Below, piece after piece: positions 51,864 to 64,000 of a stretch of 64,000 nucleotides of DNA (the first letter of the stretch is position 1; each line of letters opens with the position of its first letter). Where the stretch lies: assembly GCF_006345805.1 (NCBI RefSeq), contig NC_043018.1, positions 1,488,001 through 1,552,000 of the forward strand. Direction: 5' to 3'. The DNA is from Octopus sinensis. Its lineage: Eukaryota. The notes beneath the pieces are model-generated. The model ran no database searches. It saw only the letters and a program-made list of their open reading frames with translations, and was not told where the DNA came from. The position numbers were made by a program, and so were the translations under genes.

Positions 51864-52149
51864 AGGGATGACCACTAAGTGGACATACACTATGCTAGAA
51901 GTCGACCTCCATGGTCTTACCACTAAGAAAGGAATATTGTCTAGAAAATTTAGCGAACGTAAGTGATTACGGAAGTGGTAACAACGAAACTGGGTCGTGA
52001 TCAATAGATAGATGCATAGATACATAGATACATAGATAGAGCTACATAGATACATACATACATACATACATACATACATGCATACACACACGCACACATA
52101 TAGCTATCTGGGAGATTTTCTGTGACACCTGTGACATGATAGATCATCT

Positions 52150-52447
52150 ATTAACGTTCCAGTGGCTGAGCACTCCAGACAAGTGTACTCCTAACGTAGT
52201 TCTCGAGGAGATTCAGCGTCACACAGAGTGTGACAAAGCTGGCCCTTTAAAATACAGGCACAACAGAAACAGGAAGAAGGAGTGAGAGAATGTTGCGGTG
52301 AAAGAGTATATTAGGGTTCCGGAATACCTCCTGCTTTGCCCTCGTGGATGTTTAAGGTGTTTTCGCTCAATAAACGCTCATAAAGCATGGTCTGGGAATC
52401 AAAACCACGAGTCCGCCGCCCTAACCACTTGGCCATTGCGCCTCCAC
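52150..52447 (-). mobile_element. SINE family B, diverged
   Basis: Similarity to 7566-7951. Confidence 0.85.
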
Positions 52448-53144
52448 GCACACACACACACAGACACATATAAGTAGTTGTGTCGATTTGTTTGACTACA
52501 AACTTCATGGTTCTGCGCCTCGTATGGCCACAATCTCACGACTACAACAAGTGAAACACTAGAGAAATTTTATATGTCGAACCACGCTTCATTAGGTCTC
52601 TTAAACAAAAAACATTATTATTTCAAATGCGCTTCTGTAGGTATAGATATAGAAAAATGCGAGCGCAAATCTAACAAATCATTCAATATTAAGAAAGGTT
52701 AAGATAGAAAATGTCACGCTCTTTTGCCAACAGCGATTCAAGAGAAGCGTCGTTCAACAATGTGAAAAAAGAAAAAAAAAAAAATCAGTTCACTGATAAA
52801 TTTAGATTACAAAGAAATGAGGTCATCGGTTGAGATGGAAACTGAATCACAGTGTGTTCTGCTTGTTAGAAATGAGAATGTCTCAGCTGTTGGTTAAATA
52901 CTGAAGTTCATCATTTGGAAGCAGCGTGGCGTTTAGCCTACAGACTGCTGAGATGAGATGACGTTATATAGACACCCACAAAGACACACACACACACACC
53001 ACACGCAATAACACACACACACACATATGTATATAAATATATATACATGTATATTTAAAATATTACTAAACAGTTACTCAGAGATTCAGTTCTTGTTCGT
53101 CGGATAGCTTTATTTAGGATATATATATATACATATATATATAC

Positions 53145-53363
53145 TGGAGTAAGCACATATATGTGTAACAAGGTGGGAAAAGGAGTACTCAAATACCAGT
53201 GGTAGAGTAATATGCTTTATTTAAAGCAGCAGAAAATTCAACAAAACCTGTTACTCTGAGTTTCCCGTTGCCATTCGTCGGACAGTTTTTGCTAGAATGG
53301 AACCTATATGTGAATTCTATATGTTGTAGAATGGAACCTATATGTGAATTCACATATAGGTTC

Positions 53364-53370
<7 letters not shown>
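53145..53370 (-). mobile_element. Mini Penelope-like 3' end with HHR and a 5' palindrome, between (TA)n tracts
   Basis: HHR at 53248-53285; 25-bp direct repeat (53293, 53327) and perfect 44-bp palindrome 53327-53370. Confidence 0.6.
53248..53285 (-). ncRNA. Minimal type I hammerhead motif with U4C core
   Basis: ctgt-CCGACGA-a tg GCAA cg g-GAA-ACTC a GAGT-A-acag; stem I 4 bp; stem III 4 bp with 1-nt loop; GUA triplet. Confidence 0.6.
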
Positions 53371-53397
<27 letters not shown>

Positions 53398-53935
53398 GTC
53401 CACCCTTCTCTCTTTTCATCTGTCCCTTTCTCCTGTCTTTTGTTCTCACGTGACCGCTAGCCGCTGTTGAGCGCTCTTTTCGTTCCAGCAGTCGCAGAAG
53501 CAACACGTTATTTGTTCGTCTCCCTGCGGCCTTTAGACACAACTTCACAAGCCAGCCCATACTCAACTCGTCCTGTCGAAAGACCTTGTCCTACGTCCTG
53601 GTTTTGTTTTGTTTTTATTTTTTATTTTTACCGTTATTGTTTTTACGTTTTTTTGTATTCTTATTGGTGTCACGTATTCTGTATTTTTGTTCGTGTACTT
53701 TCGTTTTCCGTCCTCGGTTGTATACATTCGAAGCTTTCTCCAGGGGATCTAATGCGCTTGGCTTAGACTTCCCTTGGCGGGCTGGCCATATCGGAGCAAT
53801 CTCAAGATTAATCAGCCGAAATTGCTAAGATGATCTGGTTCTTGACTGATGACTGAGGGCTTCGAATGTCCCGTCCTGTGGTTCTTGTGTCGTCTCTGTG
53901 GTGTTTCATGTTCTTGTCCATTCTGTACTTATTTT
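53398..53935. repeat. Unclassified GC-richer interspersed element between (TA)n tracts
   Basis: Compositionally distinct block; no recognisable ORF. Confidence 0.35.
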
Positions 53936-53949
53936 TACTGTTTACCTAT

Positions 53950-54014
<65 letters not shown>

Positions 54015-54991
54015 CTTAGATATATATATATCTATACATATATGTATATATATGTATACAAATGTACACATATACTTACATACACACACCATATATATAG
54101 ATATACATTACATATACATCTATATATATACATACACATGTATACATATATACATACACATACATATTTATTGATAGACTGAGGTATATATCTATATCTC
54201 TCTATCAAACTATCAAGCGAGCGTATGTAATTGTCTTAACGCTACCTTATAAGCTACAATGCTATATCTTTGATTTTGGTTTTTCTTATTTGTTAACACA
54301 TATAAACCCTTCAGCAAAATTACAGAGCGGCAATCTATTTGTTGGGAGTCGATATAACATCTCTTCTGACAACTGATTTCTATGAATATACAATTTGTTT
54401 CTCTAAAAACAATTTTTCTTACTTTCTCTTTCTTCCTTTCATGACCACTCCCACGCAATTTCCTGCTTCTATATTAGTGTAATATATATTTCCCACATTG
54501 AGAATAATAGAGTAAAATTACCCGTACATTTCAATTTAATGTGTTTTCTCCATTATTTTTAATAAAAAAAAATGTAATAATATATTTGCTGTGAAATCAA
54601 TTTACATAATTATCATCGCTTAATTATTGTTGTATACGCTAACGAAGAATTAATATTTCACCAATCTTCACGAAATTAATGTCACTGATGTATTATTTTC
54701 TTAAATACATACCGTAAATCCATTCAACCATAAATTGTATCGGAGCGAGTACCGTCAGCCGCAACTATACCGGTCCATTCACATTTTATGATCTAGATCC
54801 CGTTTCAAGGAATTTAAAGTTCATAGTTTTCTCTCATTCCAATATATACCACGTTGCTGTCATTACGATAATGCATCTATCTATACACAATTAATGGAAA
54901 TATTTTGGATAGCAACAGTCAATGCTGACTTAACCACATTGTCAGTTCTTTGAAATTATACTGTATATATAGTATATATCTATATATATAG

Positions 54992-55046
<55 letters not shown>

Positions 55047-55051
55047 ATGTA

Positions 55052-55093
<42 letters not shown>

Positions 55094-55102
55094 ATATATA
55101 TA

Positions 55103-55499
55103 GGCGTAGGAGTGCTGTGTGGTAAGTAGCTTGCTAACCAACCACATGGTTCCGGGTTCAGTCCCACTGCATGGCATCTTGGGCAGTGTCTTCTGCTATA
55201 GCCCGGGCCGACCAATGCCTTGTGAGTGGATTTGTAAGACGGAAACTGAAAGAAGCCGTCGTATATATGTATATATATGTATATGTGTGTGTGTGTGTTT
55301 TTGTGTCTGTGTTTGTCCCCCTAGCATTGCTTGACAACTGATGCGGTGTGTTTACTACAACACCCATAACTAGCGGTTCGGCAAATGAGACCGATATAAT
55401 AAGTACTGGGCTTACAAAGAATAAGTCCCGGGGTCGATTTGCTCGACTAAAGGCGGTGCTCCAGCATGGCCGCAGTCAAATGACTGAAACAAGTAAAAG
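55103..55499 (+). mobile_element. SINE family A, full length
   Basis: tRNA-like head with B-box GGTTCAGTCCC; internal (TA/TG)n; tail tgactgaaacaagtaaaag. Confidence 0.9.
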
Positions 55500-55554
55500 C
55501 GAGAAAGAGATTTAGTTTGCGTCGCCCAATACAGAAATGACAGTAAAGAAACAT

Positions 55555-55960
55555 TTTTGATTCTTCCATTTATCTTCCCAGCCCTCTAACCCTGGGAGGG
55601 TCGTTGGGTTACAATCCTAAGGCACTTCACCCATACGGTACTTTCAGTAGCAACTGCCACTAGTCTTTGCTGCCTGATTGTCAAGCATGATCAACTGAAA
55701 GTATAGATATTATCTGATTGGCTCTGTTAGATGAGTCCACCTTGCGGTTATCTCCTGCGACATTTCACTCACAAGTTTGTGGTACCGTAACTATGAACTA
55801 GCAATGCGGAAAAGTTGCATTTGGATTTGGAGACACTCTTTTATCTTTGAGCTACGAACCCTTTCGAGTAACGTTACTCCCGATGCCTTTCTGAGGAATC
55901 CAGTTGCGGCAACACGTACTCGAGAAATTTTTGTGTTACATTTTATATTCTTTACCACTG
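55555..55960 (-). mobile_element. RTE-clade LINE 3' relic
   Basis: FLRKASGVTLLERVRSSKIKECL...VATESTVWVKCLRIVTQRPSQG*. Confidence 0.7.
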
Positions 55961-56589
55961 TCTCTTTATATGATTCGTTTCACAATATCCAAGCCCGCCT
56001 CTCTCCTAACTAAACAAATCTAGAAGCATAGTATAGTCGTCTCAAACACAGCATATAAAATAAGAATAAGACAACAGTATTTATAAATGAATCGGCGAAA
56101 AGACGAGAATACTTAAGACAATTCCTTTGAGAGCAGCACTATTTGAAACATACAAGCATCTCTTTTGTCAACGACGGCTTCTGCAAACAACTGCTTACGA
56201 TATCAAGTAAAATCAGTGATCAGTGTCTTGTCAGTTTGTTTACATTTACTTTCCAGTTGCCTATCGCTTTTACAGCCACCAGACTTATCAATCTCGACAT
56301 TTAAATTTCCTTTCGTTATATAGCTGGTATAACTGTTGGCTATTTCGAAATACTATGAGGTCTATATAGATCCAAAGGAAGAATAGTCTCTTCTCAAACA
56401 TGGGTAGCTTTGCACAGACGATTATCTTTGGTGGTGGGCATGTCTACTTTTGTTCCCACGTACTTTTCCACACTTGCCCAAAATTTCCTTATGGTAGCAA
56501 ACTGGTGCGTCGTATTAATTGTTTTACCCGCAAAGAGAAAACCTGGCCTTGGAGTTTTTTCTCATTCTTCGCTAGCTTCTGCACGCATT

Positions 56590-56760
56590 TTTTTCTCTCC
56601 TTTTTTCTCTTCGTGTTTTTTTCATGTATATCTTTTGTGAAGAGCGTAGGCGAAACGTAAAATACTTGTTTTATTTATATCCTGAGCGCCCATACTAATA
56701 CAATTGTTTGTTTGTTTCCACCTGCCTTCGTCTTTTGTTTGTTTTCATAAAGCTTCCCGT
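56590..56760 (+). mobile_element. Penelope-like 3' end fragment (degenerate HHR at 56632-56662) abutting (TA)n
   Basis: Homologous to the reverse complement of 36090-36250. Confidence 0.55.
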
Positions 56761-56770
56761 TATATATATA

Positions 56771-56811
<41 letters not shown>

Positions 56812-56905
56812 TATATATATATATATATATATATAACATATATATATATATATATAATTAGATATATTTATATATACACTAATACTACTATTACTATACT
56901 ACTAC

Positions 56906-56944
<39 letters not shown>

Positions 56945-56994
56945 GGATATAATGTTTTCAAAAATTTCACTTTCTTCCTGTTTCTTGAGTAGTG

Positions 56995-57330
56995 CTGCGA
57001 TGGACTGGCGTCCCATCCAGCTGGCGAGAACACATACGCCACAGAAACCGGGAAACCGGGCCCATGAGCCTGGCTAGACTTGAAAAGGGCGCATAAATAA
57101 AATAAATATCATTCTTATTAGGGCGGCAAGCTGGCTTAATTGTTAGTACGCTGGACAAAATGCTTAGTGGTATTTCGCTCATCGCTACATTCTGAGTTCA
57201 AATCCCGGTCGGATCGACTTTGCCTTCCATCCTTTCGGCGTCGATGAAATAAGAACGAGTGGAGCACTGGGGTTGATGTAATTGACTACCCGCCTCTCAT
57301 GTAATTTCAGGCCTTGTGCCAATAGTAGAA
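56995..57330 (+). mobile_element. SINE tail fragment (56995-57105) followed by a family C SINE (57120-57330)
   Basis: gcgatggactggcgtcccatccag shared with the 39884 tail; family C core present. Confidence 0.7.
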
Positions 57331-57763
57331 AAGATTATTAGTTTCATCATCATCGTTGTTGTTGTGGTCGCGACCGCGAGAGGGCAGAAGAGTTACAGCG
57401 CCGAAAAACTTCCATAACGCCATTTTTTTCTGGCACTTTACATTCTGGTTTAGAATTCTGGCGAGATCGACTTCACAATTTTTTTTTTCATTTCGTGTTC
57501 CAGACATTTAAGTAGCAGTTGAGGACTGCTCCAGTATGTATGTATGTATGTATATATGTATGCATGTATATGTATGTATCTATCTATCTAACTATCTATC
57601 TACCTATATATATATATATAGAGAGAGATATACATATACATATACATATACATTTGTAAATACACCTGAGTATGTATATATAAGAATACGTGGTTAAATA
57701 TAAATATATATATAAAGTGTATGCTTAAATTTAGTGTAGGTGTATGTATATACATGTAGGTAT

Positions 57764-57795
<32 letters not shown>

Positions 57796-57799
57796 TATA

Positions 57800-58173
57800 C
57801 ATATATAGTCAACTTTCGAAACGGCTGGCTTTTTTGTAAAATTTAAAAAGTATATTGATGTTGTTACAGTATAGTGGTGTGGGGTGGGGGGGGGGGTAGT
57901 TGTAGTGGAGGTTGTCATCAGCGTGGTAGAGGTGAAGATCTTGATGCTCATGTTGTTATGTCGTCGTTGTCCTTTTGGATTTCGTCGTGGGTTTTGTTGT
58001 TCTTATAACGATGGTCCATGGAGACGAGGTGACGACCGATACGTCAATGATGGCGGTGGTTCTGTCGGTTTTGGCGGTTCCGGCGGTGATTTTACTCCAT
58101 TTGCCTGCGTGTGTTGTAGGTTGCAATGGTGGAAACCACAGAGTGGCGACGATGATGATGATGATGATGATGA

Positions 58174-58207
<34 letters not shown>

Positions 58208-59284
58208 GTGGTGGTAGTGGTGGGGGTGGTGGGGTGGTGCTGGTTTCTGGGTGCTGGTGCTGGTGCTGGTGCTGGTGCTGCTGGTGGTGGGGTGGTGCTG
58301 CTTGTGGTGGTGGTGGTGGTGCTGGTGGTGGTGGTGCTGGTGCTGATGGTCATGACGTTGATGATTAAATAAAATTGATGGACTATGCCGCCGAGGACGA
58401 CGATGATGTCGATGTTGATATCAATAAAAGAGAAGAAAGTAATCGCCATCATTCCCGACCATCACCACGACACAATCATCATCATCATCATCATCATCAT
58501 TATCATCATCATCATCATCATCATCATCGTCATCATCACATCATCATCATCATATCATCATCATCTCAACCTCATCATCATCATCATCGTCGTCATCATC
58601 ATCATCATCTCATCATCATCATCATCATCATCAACCTCATCATCATCATCGGCATCATCAAATTGTGATATATTGAAAATAAAAGTAAAAGAAGCGAACA
58701 TAAGCAAAACAAACAAAACGCAAAACATCAAGAAATTATTCCAGTCAAGGGTATTTAATCACAGATCAAAATACTTACAATGATAATAATACAGAAAACA
58801 TAAATTAAAATGAAAAATAATAAGATGAGTAAAAAAAAACCACACAAAAATATATATATCAAATAGGTTTATTTTTTAATTTCGAATATTGTGTCATTTT
58901 ATTATTTATTACATTTGATTTCATATATATATATATACATATATAGTCAACTTTCGAAACGGCTGGCTTTTTTGTAAAATTTTAAAAAGTATATTGATGT
59001 TGTTACAGTAGGTAGTGGTGGGGGGGGTTGGTAGTTGTAGTGGAGGTTGTCATCAGCGTGGTAGAGGTGAAGATCTTGATGCTCATGTTGTTACTGTCGT
59101 TGTCCTTTTGAGATTGGTTCGTCTGGTTTTGTTGTTCTTATAACGATGGTCCATGGAGACGATGTTGACGACCGATACGTCAATGATGGCGGTGGTTCTG
59201 TCGGTTTTGGCGGTTCCGGCGGTGATTTTACTCCATTTGCCTGCGTGTGTTGTAGGTTGCAATGGTGGAAACCACAGTGGCGAC

Positions 59285-59339
<55 letters not shown>

Positions 59340-59659
59340 GTGGTGTGGTAGTGGTGGTGGTGGTGGTGGTGCTGGTTCTGGTGGTGCTGGTGCTGGTGCT
59401 GGTGCTGGTGCTGCTGGTGGTGGTGGTGCTGCTGCTGGTGGTGGTGGTGGTGCTGGTGGTGGTGGTGCTGGTGCTGATGGTCATGACGTTGATGATGATA
59501 ATAACATTGATGACTATGCCGCCGAGGACGACGATGATGTCGATGTTGATATCAATAAAAGAGAAGAAAGTAAATCGCCATCATTCCCGACCATCACCAC
59601 GACAATCATCATCATCATCATCATCATCATTATCATCATCATCATCATCATCATCATCG

Positions 59660-59701
<42 letters not shown>

Positions 59702-59726
59702 ACCTCATCATCATCATCATCGTCGT

Positions 59727-59769
<43 letters not shown>

Positions 59770-60060
59770 ACCTCATCATCATCATCGGCATCATCAAATT
59801 GTGATATATTGAAAATAAAAGTAAAAGAAGCGAACATAAGCAAACAAACAAAACGCAAAACATCAAGAAATTATTCCAGTCAAGGGTATTTAATCACAGA
59901 TCATAAATACTTACCAATGATAATACAGAAAACATAAATTAAAATGAAAAATAATAAGATGAGTAAACAAACACACAAAAATATATATATCAAATAGTTT
60001 ATTTTTTTTAATTTCGAATATTGTTGTTCATTTTATTATTTATTACATTTGATTTCATAA
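57800..60060. repeat. Tandem duplication of a ~1138 bp low-complexity unit
   Basis: gtcaactttcgaaacggctggc at 57808 and 58946; whole unit repeated with scattered indels. Confidence 0.9.
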
Positions 60061-60503
60061 TATATATATACATACATATATAAAATATATAATATATATA
60101 TATATATGGATATATACATATATATATATAATATATATAACATATATACTTATGTAAATATATATATTATTATATATAGATATATATATATATGAATATA
60201 TATATTACATATGTATATATGTATATGAATTATAAGTATGTATATATATTGGTATATATCTATATATATATATATATATATAGATATATATATATATTGA
60301 ATATTATATTTACATATGTATATATGTATATATAATTATAAGTATGTATATATATGTGTATATATATATATATATATAATATATAGTTTTTTATCGTTCC
60401 TTTTACAGTTCATTCCACAGAAACAATGTTTTGATAAGAAGAGAAGAAAAAATATATTATATCTTGATCATGATGATCATGATGAAAATAATAATAATAA
60501 TAA

Positions 60504-60554
<51 letters not shown>

Positions 60555-60596
60555 TAATAATAATAATATCCCTCTTTATTCTTATTCTTATTCTTA

Positions 60597-60658
<62 letters not shown>

Positions 60659-60808
60659 ATCATCATCGTCGTCAGCGTTATAGCATGCGAGATGTTTTTG
60701 GTATTTATTTTTCTCCTACTCTTAATAGCAATAATATGAATAATGAAAATAAAATCAAATAACTGTGATAATGATAATTATAACAACAACAACAATAATA
60801 AAATAATA

Positions 60809-60839
<31 letters not shown>

Positions 60840-61480
60840 TAGATATATGATAATAATAATATAATAATAATTAATAATAAAATAATAATAATAATAATAT
60901 GTATAATAGTAATAATAATATAATAATAATAATAATATAATGATAATAACTAAAACACCAACAACACCAACAACACCAACAACAATGACCACATCGGCAT
61001 TAATAATGATAGTAATGATTAACTACCAAACCGTCTTACCAAACACACAGAGCAAAAAGGAGGGGAAAAAAACATTAGAAAAATCTTTAAAATACATATA
61101 AAAATCATACATACGAATATAGTAGTAAGAAAATCAAATGAAACCGCCGGTGTGTGAGATAGATGATTTCTCATTGATTTATTGACTATTATCGATTTAT
61201 TCAGCAAGGAGACCTGTAGAAAGAAAGAAGAAAAAAAAAAAGGGTTAAGTGATATTTCAAAATTAAATGGTGTTATAACATTAACACGGTAGAGATTAAT
61301 ACATGAATATACAAATACGTATATATATAGCCATCATATACAAATATGTGTATATACACATATACACAAAGGTGTGCGCGCGCGATCACATTTACATATA
61401 TATGTATATTATATGTATATATATATACATATATACATATATATTCATATATATGTTTATAAACATACGTACATTATGTA

Positions 61481-61512
<32 letters not shown>

Positions 61513-61548
61513 CTTATATATACACATATATATATATATATATATATG

Positions 61549-61579
<31 letters not shown>

Positions 61580-62000
61580 GCATGCATATATATATATATA
61601 CATATATAACATATATATATATACATGTATGTATATATATATATATAAATGTATGCATATATATATATGTATGAGTATATATATGTATATAGATGTATAT
61701 ATGTATATATATGTACATATGTATATATGAATATACGTATATATATGTATATACATATACATATATATATATGTATATGTATGTATGTGTGTATGTATAT
61801 ATACAAACGCACACATCAATATATAGGTAGACCAAAAATAGGTAGATGGATAAATACATACATACATGCACAAATACATACGCACAGAGATAAATATTCC
61901 AAAAGATAGATAGATACTTATAGAGATGTATATATATATATATATATATAGATGTATATATGCATGTATGTATATACGTGTGTGGTTATGCGTATGTCTG
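60060..62000. repeat. (TA)n, (TAA)n/(TTA)n and TA/CA/TG mosaic microsatellites
   Basis: Directly visible. Confidence 0.9.
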
Positions 62001-62384
62001 TAGGTATGTGTATGTGTGCGTGTATACTGCTTGCTTACCATTGCGAGTTTTAAACGTACTTGAATATTTAAGATTGGATTGATTGCTAAACAAATTTTAT
62101 TTTGTGTATGTGTGTGTACTGGTGAGTGCTGGTGCGCGTGTTTCTTCTTGACTGTGTTCGTGTATATATGTGTATACTGTATATATGAGTATTTCTATTA
62201 ATATGTATATGTCTATATTAGTGTATTTATGTGAATGAAAGGAAAAAGCACGTCTGTATGTTATCTTAAAATGAATATTTAAGGGTATGTCTCTCTAGCT
62301 TTCTACATGTAATTCGCACCACTGTTCCTCCCAATCTCTCGCTGTACATCTCTCTCTCTCTCTCTCTCTCCCACTCACTTCTCC

Positions 62385-62423
<39 letters not shown>

Positions 62424-62645
62424 ATTTCTCTCTCTCTCTCTGTATATATATATTTATATAAAATCAAGTCTCCAATTTTTCACCAAAAAGGAGAATAATT
62501 TTTTTATAAATATGTTAAAAAACGCCTACATTGCTAGAAATAAGAGCTACAACTCTCTAATTCTGTAGTACACGCACATGAGTGAAAACATACAATGACA
62601 GGAACGATAATTTTCGGAAAAATTGCCGATGGAAAAAGTCTTATT

Positions 62646-62685
62646 ACTGACGTCAGTCTCACCAACTTCCGCTGCTTCGTCAGTT
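62646..62685. promoter_or_regulatory. Candidate CRE (ACTGACGTCAGT) plus ETS (ACTTCCG) plus half-CRE cluster
   Basis: Motifs visible in a locally CpG-richer stretch; no transcript evidence. Confidence 0.2.
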
Positions 62686-62846
62686 AATCCCGCTCTTTTT
62701 TTCATCTTTATCCTGACAGGTTTCGCTAATACTATTTGTTTTCTTCATTCAAGTTATTGGATGATTTAGCGATTCGCTAATATAAACACCAGTTTGTAAT
62801 GTTTCACCGAAAGGAGAATTATAATTTAGTGACAATTGTGTGTGTG

Positions 62847-62918
<72 letters not shown>

Positions 62919-63077
62919 TGTATGTAGTATGTATGTATGTATGTATGTATGTATGAGAGAGTGAACAAGTGTTGCATGTATTATTTAAAATAATTTGGTT
63001 CCTGCCATCCGTTGGGTACCTGAGAAACATGAAGTAAGAGGAAAGTAAATCAAACGGCTTTAAACAATGTATATATG

Positions 63078-63166
<89 letters not shown>

Positions 63167-63859
63167 ATATGAAAGTTTATGATGATTACTTAATACGGTG
63201 TTTGAAGTGTAGAAGTGATTCTTTGTAATTACTTTTAAAAATGTTATAAAATCTTTATGAAGATGTTACTAACCTTTTGGGGGAATAGTTTTTTCTCGTG
63301 TGTGATCGCTTTCGTTAAACCTCTTCAAACACAAGTGCCTCTTAAAGAAGAAGTTGTTATTTTGCGGTGGTGGTAGTATTATTTCCGGTGTATTTTCGGA
63401 CTTCTTATTTTTGTCATAAATATTCTTTCACCAATGTTTATTATATGGAGTGTTAACTGTTTTCGGTTTAATTTCGGATTTAAAATTCTTATAATGTATT
63501 TTTCTTTTACCTTTCATCTTGTATTTTGTAAAATGGAAATATTCTAAATTTTCCATTTGTACAGATATATAGATGTTCACTAAATGTGACATCCCTGAGA
63601 GATGATTCCCTAATCTTGTGTTAATGCACATTTATGAGTTATATATATATATACATATATTACATACAGCTGCATGAACATTTAATCTGGTTTTAGAGTC
63701 AAGTTTTGGCAGCATTTTGCCAGCGAGATGGTATCTCTTAGAAACACTAAGTTATAATTTTAATAAGAATTATTACCTTTGAAAGTTTTTATTCCCATGC
63801 TGACCACCTGATAAGATCGGTATTTAAATAACGATCTTATCCTTATATATATATAAATA

Positions 63860-64000
63860 CGAGGGTATGTTGAAAAGTTCCTGGGTTTAGGCATATCGTG
63901 AAAGGCCTGGGTGGAGAACCAAACTTCCGAGTGCGTTTACAGGTCTTAGAATAGCTTAGAAACATATAGAAAGCAACGCGACCATCGGTCACTGATTTGC
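63860..64000 (+). mobile_element. mariner-like element left end (runs off window)
   Basis: TA|CGAGGGTATGTTGAAAAGTTCC, a mariner-type TIR. Confidence 0.65.

Overview
This is AT-rich, microsatellite-saturated eukaryotic DNA. Its abundant tRNA-derived SINE families, Penelope-like elements (PLEs), R4/Dong, RTE and CR1 LINE relics and Helitrons look like an octopus (coleoid cephalopod) genome; that assignment is from recognition, not a search. Almost all ORFs in the supplied track are microsatellite read-throughs. No intact long gene, rRNA, true tRNA or CRISPR array is visible. The strongest unexplained structure is a recurring architecture: PLE 3' ends carrying minimal type I hammerhead-ribozyme (HHR) motifs, arranged head-to-head as fold-back inverted repeats and bounded by (TA)n. 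Examples are a ~4.2 kb palindrome at 13538-17732, a ~455 bp palindrome at 30101-30555, an inverted pair at 31360-32274 and a mini-element at 53145-53370. Several HHRs have variant cores (CCGANGA, CUGUGGA) and self-complementary stem III. A second, weaker signal is a set of scattered + strand exon-like segments resembling Ig-superfamily (V-set/C2) receptor pieces. The best is at 39810-40726, where a SINE with a target-site duplication splits the reading frame. All motif calls were made by eye and need computational confirmation.
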